The translations under genes and the position numbers were made by a program. A DNA stretch of 64,000 nt, from contig OX597832.1 of NCBI GenBank assembly GCA_951406725.2, positions 11,036,001 to 11,100,000 of the forward strand, written 5' to 3'. Origin of the DNA: Octopus vulgaris (Eukaryota). The first letter of the stretch is position 1; each line of letters starts with the position of its first letter. The notes under the pieces are model-generated. The model was not told where the DNA came from. It was given only the letters and a program-made list of their open reading frames with translations, and ran no database searches. Below, piece by piece: positions 59,521 to 64,000 of this stretch.

Positions 59521-60049
59521 CCTTCGTTTCACATTTAAAACCAATTGATTTTATTAGATTTCTGAATGGCAAAGTTCAAACAATTACGTTTCGCTTTCCG
59601 ATTATTCCTAAAACTTTATATCAATATACAACATTATATTTCAAATTGCTTATATAAATTATTGAAATATTAATATAGAATGCTTGAAGCAATGCTGAAT
59701 AGATTTCTTATATGGTTTAAAATATATGGACCACTGACACAAGAGAAAGGCTAGATTAACTTTGAATGACTTTTTAATGATTCTGATCTGAAGTGCTTTG
59801 GATAACCACATTTTATATAGTATAATTAGAAATATATATGGAATTAAATGACAGCAACATACATACAAAATTGGACTGTCAAGAAGAAATCCTCTATGAG
59901 AGTTTGCTGTCAAATTTCTGGAATCTCTTAAACTATACATTACTCTCAGATTGCATTTGAAAAGAAAACACATTGATAAATGTTTTGGATACAAAAGGTA
60001 ACATCACTAATGATATATCTTTCGGTTTCTGAATCAGGCCCTACATAGT

Positions 60050-60710
60050 GGCACAGCACACAACAATATTATGTTAATGCTTGTTTTTCTTTCAAATATA
60101 TACTAAACATGCGTGTATTCGTCGAATAGAGAAAATATTAACGTAGCATGAGTCACATCAGCAGTTAAAGAAGCAAATGAATCTTAGCTGTTAAAGTCTT
60201 CATATCTTCATACATACTAGCATAGATATCGCTATCTCATAGCACAGCAAACACACTTTATATGACGATTCTAATTTTTCTATTATTCCTAATGCCCCAG
60301 TTCTTCAGAGTATTAATTCTCTAAGTTAAATAATTTGTGGTCGAATATGGAATATAATCTGGTACAGGCAAGAAACAACATATCTAACACACCGACATAC
60401 TTACATTTTGTTCTCTACACATTTTTTCCACCCTAGGGATCTAGCTAACCAATACTCATCAGAACTCTCGGCTCGTGTTCCTTTTCTCGTTTTCTTCATA
60501 GTGTGCCTATACTCATAGTCGCATCACTAGTCAAAACGCCCAAATATTTCTCCCCTGAATGCTTCCTATCTAGAATCCCCTCCGTTCTCATATATTACGG
60601 CAGTCAACATTCCAAAAGTAACAAGTACTCATTTAATCGAACCAATCTCGGAGATTCTGTAAACATCATGGCTGCAGTATCTCTATCCCCAAAAGACCAA
60701 CAACTAGAAA
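60050..60710 (-). mobile_element. Degenerate CR1-like LINE ORF2 3' region
   Basis: Minus-strand fragments LQNLRDW, EKYLGVLTSD, LKNWGI and NTRMF are collinear with the CR1 motifs LQ.DL..L..W, E.DLGV..S, RL..LG and TRGH. Confidence 0.45.
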
Positions 60711-61369
60711 TGTGTAAATGTCATGTGTAAGATATGATTCATATATTTAATATTTGTAACTTGCCACGCTCGTGGTTGTTCTGTTTCAGAAATTTGTTAT
60801 TATTTTCTTCGTTATGAGAATAAATACATAATTAATATCATAATTAATCACGCAATAGTTATATAATTTCTACGATTATGTTTATTTGTACTTCTAATTT
60901 CTGTAATATTAAAACTGTCAGTTCAAGAAATATATTGACTTCTTCATTAAGACCTCTAATAATATTGTTTCACCTGCATATTTCAAAGTAACACACACAC
61001 ACACACACACACAATCAGACAGACACACACATATACTCGTTTGCACAGATATAGATGTGTGTGTGCGTGAGTGCAGGTGCATACGTGTGTGTAGGAGTGT
61101 TTGAGCATATGATTGCTCTGTGCTAGTGCGTTGATGCACGATGGTCGATTAAGTAAGAAGATCACTTTCCAAACACGATATTCCTAAATCTTGATAAAAT
61201 CTATTGAGATGAAGAGGCCAGACATGTTTGTTAGAGCCATACAGTCTACATACTGTCCTACAAGGAGCATGCTGGACTCTAACGAAATTCACATGGGCAT
61301 TTCAATCATTTACGTAATCACTACATGCATACATCTATAATGCATACATACATACAAATACATGTATAT

Positions 61370-62285
61370 AATAATATAAATGATAAATGCATATATGCAT
61401 AAACATATACATATATGTATGTATAAACGAGAACATTATAAACAACAAAAAAGAAAAAACAGAGAAAAGAGACATGCAACTTAAAGAACATTCCCTTCAT
61501 CAGTTGTCTCCTATTTTATCTACTCCGCGTTCCGAACGTAAGGACAAGACGCAACTTCGTTAAAACAGTCCTTCCCGCAAAGCAAGTTAAATAAAATTTA
61601 GGATTTTTTGCGGATGGTGAAAGTGGTAACCAAAAAAGGACAGCGAGAACAAAACAGTTAAAACAAACGGTGAGAGGTTGTTAAGCCAAGGTGATGTGCA
61701 GTGGTGAATGCTGGAAAATCGAGCTTTGAGAAGAGGCATATGAAAGCACGTCTTGTTTTTAGGAAGGGAGTGGAAGAAAGAAAGAATGGCCGTTTTAACA
61801 CGTGTGAACAACGAGAGAGTCAAGGAGGAAGAGTGAGAGGGAGAGAGAGGTAACGGGGAAAGGGTGGGAGAGAAAAAAGAAAGGAAGAAGAACGAGAGAG
61901 AGAGAGAGACAGACAGACAAGAGAAAGAAAACGTGTGCGCATCATAATTCTTAAGATAAAACTTACTTGGAAAAGAATGCGTGGCGTTAGATCATATAAT
62001 AGTATAACATGAAAATAAGCATATATACATACGTATATGTACAAACCTACATATATATGTATATATACATGCATATATGGCTACAGGATATCAAAGCAAG
62101 AGCGTAGACAGAATGAGAAACGAGAAGATAAAAAACAAAAACATAGAAAACGAACTTTTTTCGAACTACGAAAAAAAACCCAAATAAACAAACAGAGAAA
62201 CCAGACATGTAAAGTAAAGAACATCCTCTTCATCAGTCGTTACTTGTTTTATCTGCTCCACGTTTCGATGGTAAGGACAAGAGGT
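61370..62285 (-). mobile_element. Penelope-like remnant with internally repeated terminal segment
   Basis: The segment aagaacat.c.cttcatcagt.gt...ttttatct.ctcc.cgtt.cga..gtaaggacaaga occurs twice (~61484-61550 and ~62217-62282). Homologous to 38250-38800. Confidence 0.6.
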
Positions 62286-62795
62286 GACATATTTAAGAAA
62301 TATATAAAGATAAGGAGAGACAGACAGACAGAAAGACATGCATACTGATAAATAGAAAAATAGATAGATAGATAGAGGATAGATGGATAGATAGATAGAT
62401 AGATAGATGGATAGATAAATCTTATTTTCTCTTAGTCACAGCAAGACAAATAACCAGGATTTAGAAGCCAGTATATTTCTAACAGGCGGTATTTTTTAAG
62501 CTCCGGATGTAGAATTAACTGATGTCCACTTCTCTTGGATCGTTAGGACAAGAGGTGACGTATTTAAGAAATGTATAAAGATAAGGAGAGACAGACAGAC
62601 AGAAAGACATGCATACTGATAAATAGAAAAATGGATAGATAGATAGATAGATAGATAGATGGATAGATAAATCTTATTTTTTCTTAGTCACAGCAAGACA
62701 AATAACCAGGTTTTAGAAGCCAGTATATTCCTAACAGGCGGTATTTTTTAAGCTCCGGATGTAGAATTAACTGATGTCCACTTCTCTTGGATCGT
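62274..62795 (+). repeat. Tandem duplication, ~250-270-bp unit x2 with (GATA)n
   Basis: aggacaagaggtgac...cttctcttggatcgt is repeated at ~62274-62543 and ~62546-62795 with few substitutions and different GATA counts. Confidence 0.92.
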
Positions 62796-63006
62796 ATATG
62801 AATCACACTAAGGAATGTAATATTGATTAATATACGTCAGGAGCACTGATTTATGTAATTACATTCATAGCATTACAGCTGTTTCCGCTACAAGACGTCA
62901 GACTTTCGCTCACCATTGGATACATAGGTCTTAGTGAAGAAACATCTGCGAGTCAAAGAATGTAATTATGTAACTCCTGTTCCATTATTAATTGATGATA
63001 TATGCA

Positions 63007-63054
<48 letters not shown>

Positions 63055-63343
63055 TTATGTGTGATCTATGTGCTTGTGTACGTATCGTTGTGCGTCTAAT
63101 TTTCACATATATTTCTAGGATGAGTTGATGTTGCAAGTTGCATAGCTATGTTTCTTATTAATTACGCATTGTAATCTCGCACCTTTGAATATCTGAAATT
63201 ATATTTTATTACTGATTCACCACGTTTCCTTATCTACCTGTGAAGTGGTATACAGGTAACAGGAATGTCTTAATTAGTATAAGTGTGCATAGGCATGTCT
63301 CAGAGCATGTATATAAGTCTGTATATGTATGTATTCTAGTATG

Positions 63344-63378
<35 letters not shown>

Positions 63379-63381
<3 letters not shown>

Positions 63382-63622
63382 AGGCGCAATGGCCCAGTGG
63401 TTAGGGTTTGCGAACTGGCGGTTTCGATTCCCAAACCGGGCGTTTTAGTGTTTATTGGGCGAAAACACCTAAAGCTCCACGAGGCTCCGGCAGGCGGGGT
63501 GGCGATCCCTGATGTACTCTTTCACCACAACTTTCTCTCGCTCTTTCTTCTGTTGGCCTACTCGCTTAGCTAGCAGGGTGGCGTCATTTGAAGGCTAAAA
63601 CAATGCGAAGCGCATTGTGACC
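63379..63622 (+). mobile_element. tRNA-derived SINE, family B (3' truncated)
   Basis: gaggcgcaatggcccagtggttaggg...ggtttcgattccc...gaaggctaaaacaatgcgaagcgcattgtga shares its body with 5261-5573. Confidence 0.87.
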
Positions 63623-64000
63623 AATTAAAACGTACAGGCAAATCTATAAAAAAAAATACTAAATATTACCAGCATTGCTAGAAACAAGAGTCAAAGAATT
63701 TCTCAGCAACAAAAGCACTTATCTTAATAAGATGGTGAAAGAGGGGGAGCGAGAAAGTTAAGTACTGTAGTGAGACAAGCCCACAATTCAAGCAGATATA
63801 TACATATCACGTGATTTCGAACTCTGATACGTTGCGTCTCATTCTTTGTCAGAGGACCTTACTCCGCCTAGGGTTATGTATAACTCGAATTTTCTTATTT
63901 TTTAGTTGATGAGTGTCTGTGTGTATGAGTGTATATACATACACATACTCAAATAGATAGTTAGATAGATAGATAGATAGATAGATAGATTAATAGATAT

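Overview
AT-rich, repeat-dense eukaryotic DNA, probably intronic or intergenic. It is most likely from an octopus (coleoid cephalopod); this is inferred from the tRNA-derived SINE families and the very large (TA)n/(TG)n arrays. No host protein-coding gene could be supported. Nearly all long ORFs in the track are translations of microsatellites. The window holds at least three tRNA-derived SINE families, degenerate LINE fragments (RTE, CR1-like, R4/Dong-like), Tc1/mariner remnants and MITEs, two non-autonomous Helitrons and Penelope-like remnants. It also has a near-identical 2-kb tandem duplication and several fold-back inverted repeats. The most notable observations are: (1) a cluster of minimal type-I hammerhead-ribozyme-like motifs in Penelope-like remnants, all with core changes, so probably relics; (2) a head-to-head fold-back mariner built from two left ends; (3) modular SINE head/tail swapping; (4) a candidate 42-nt symmetric micro-exon inside the 2-kb duplication. 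All protein and family similarities come from manual translation and recalled consensus motifs. No database search was run.
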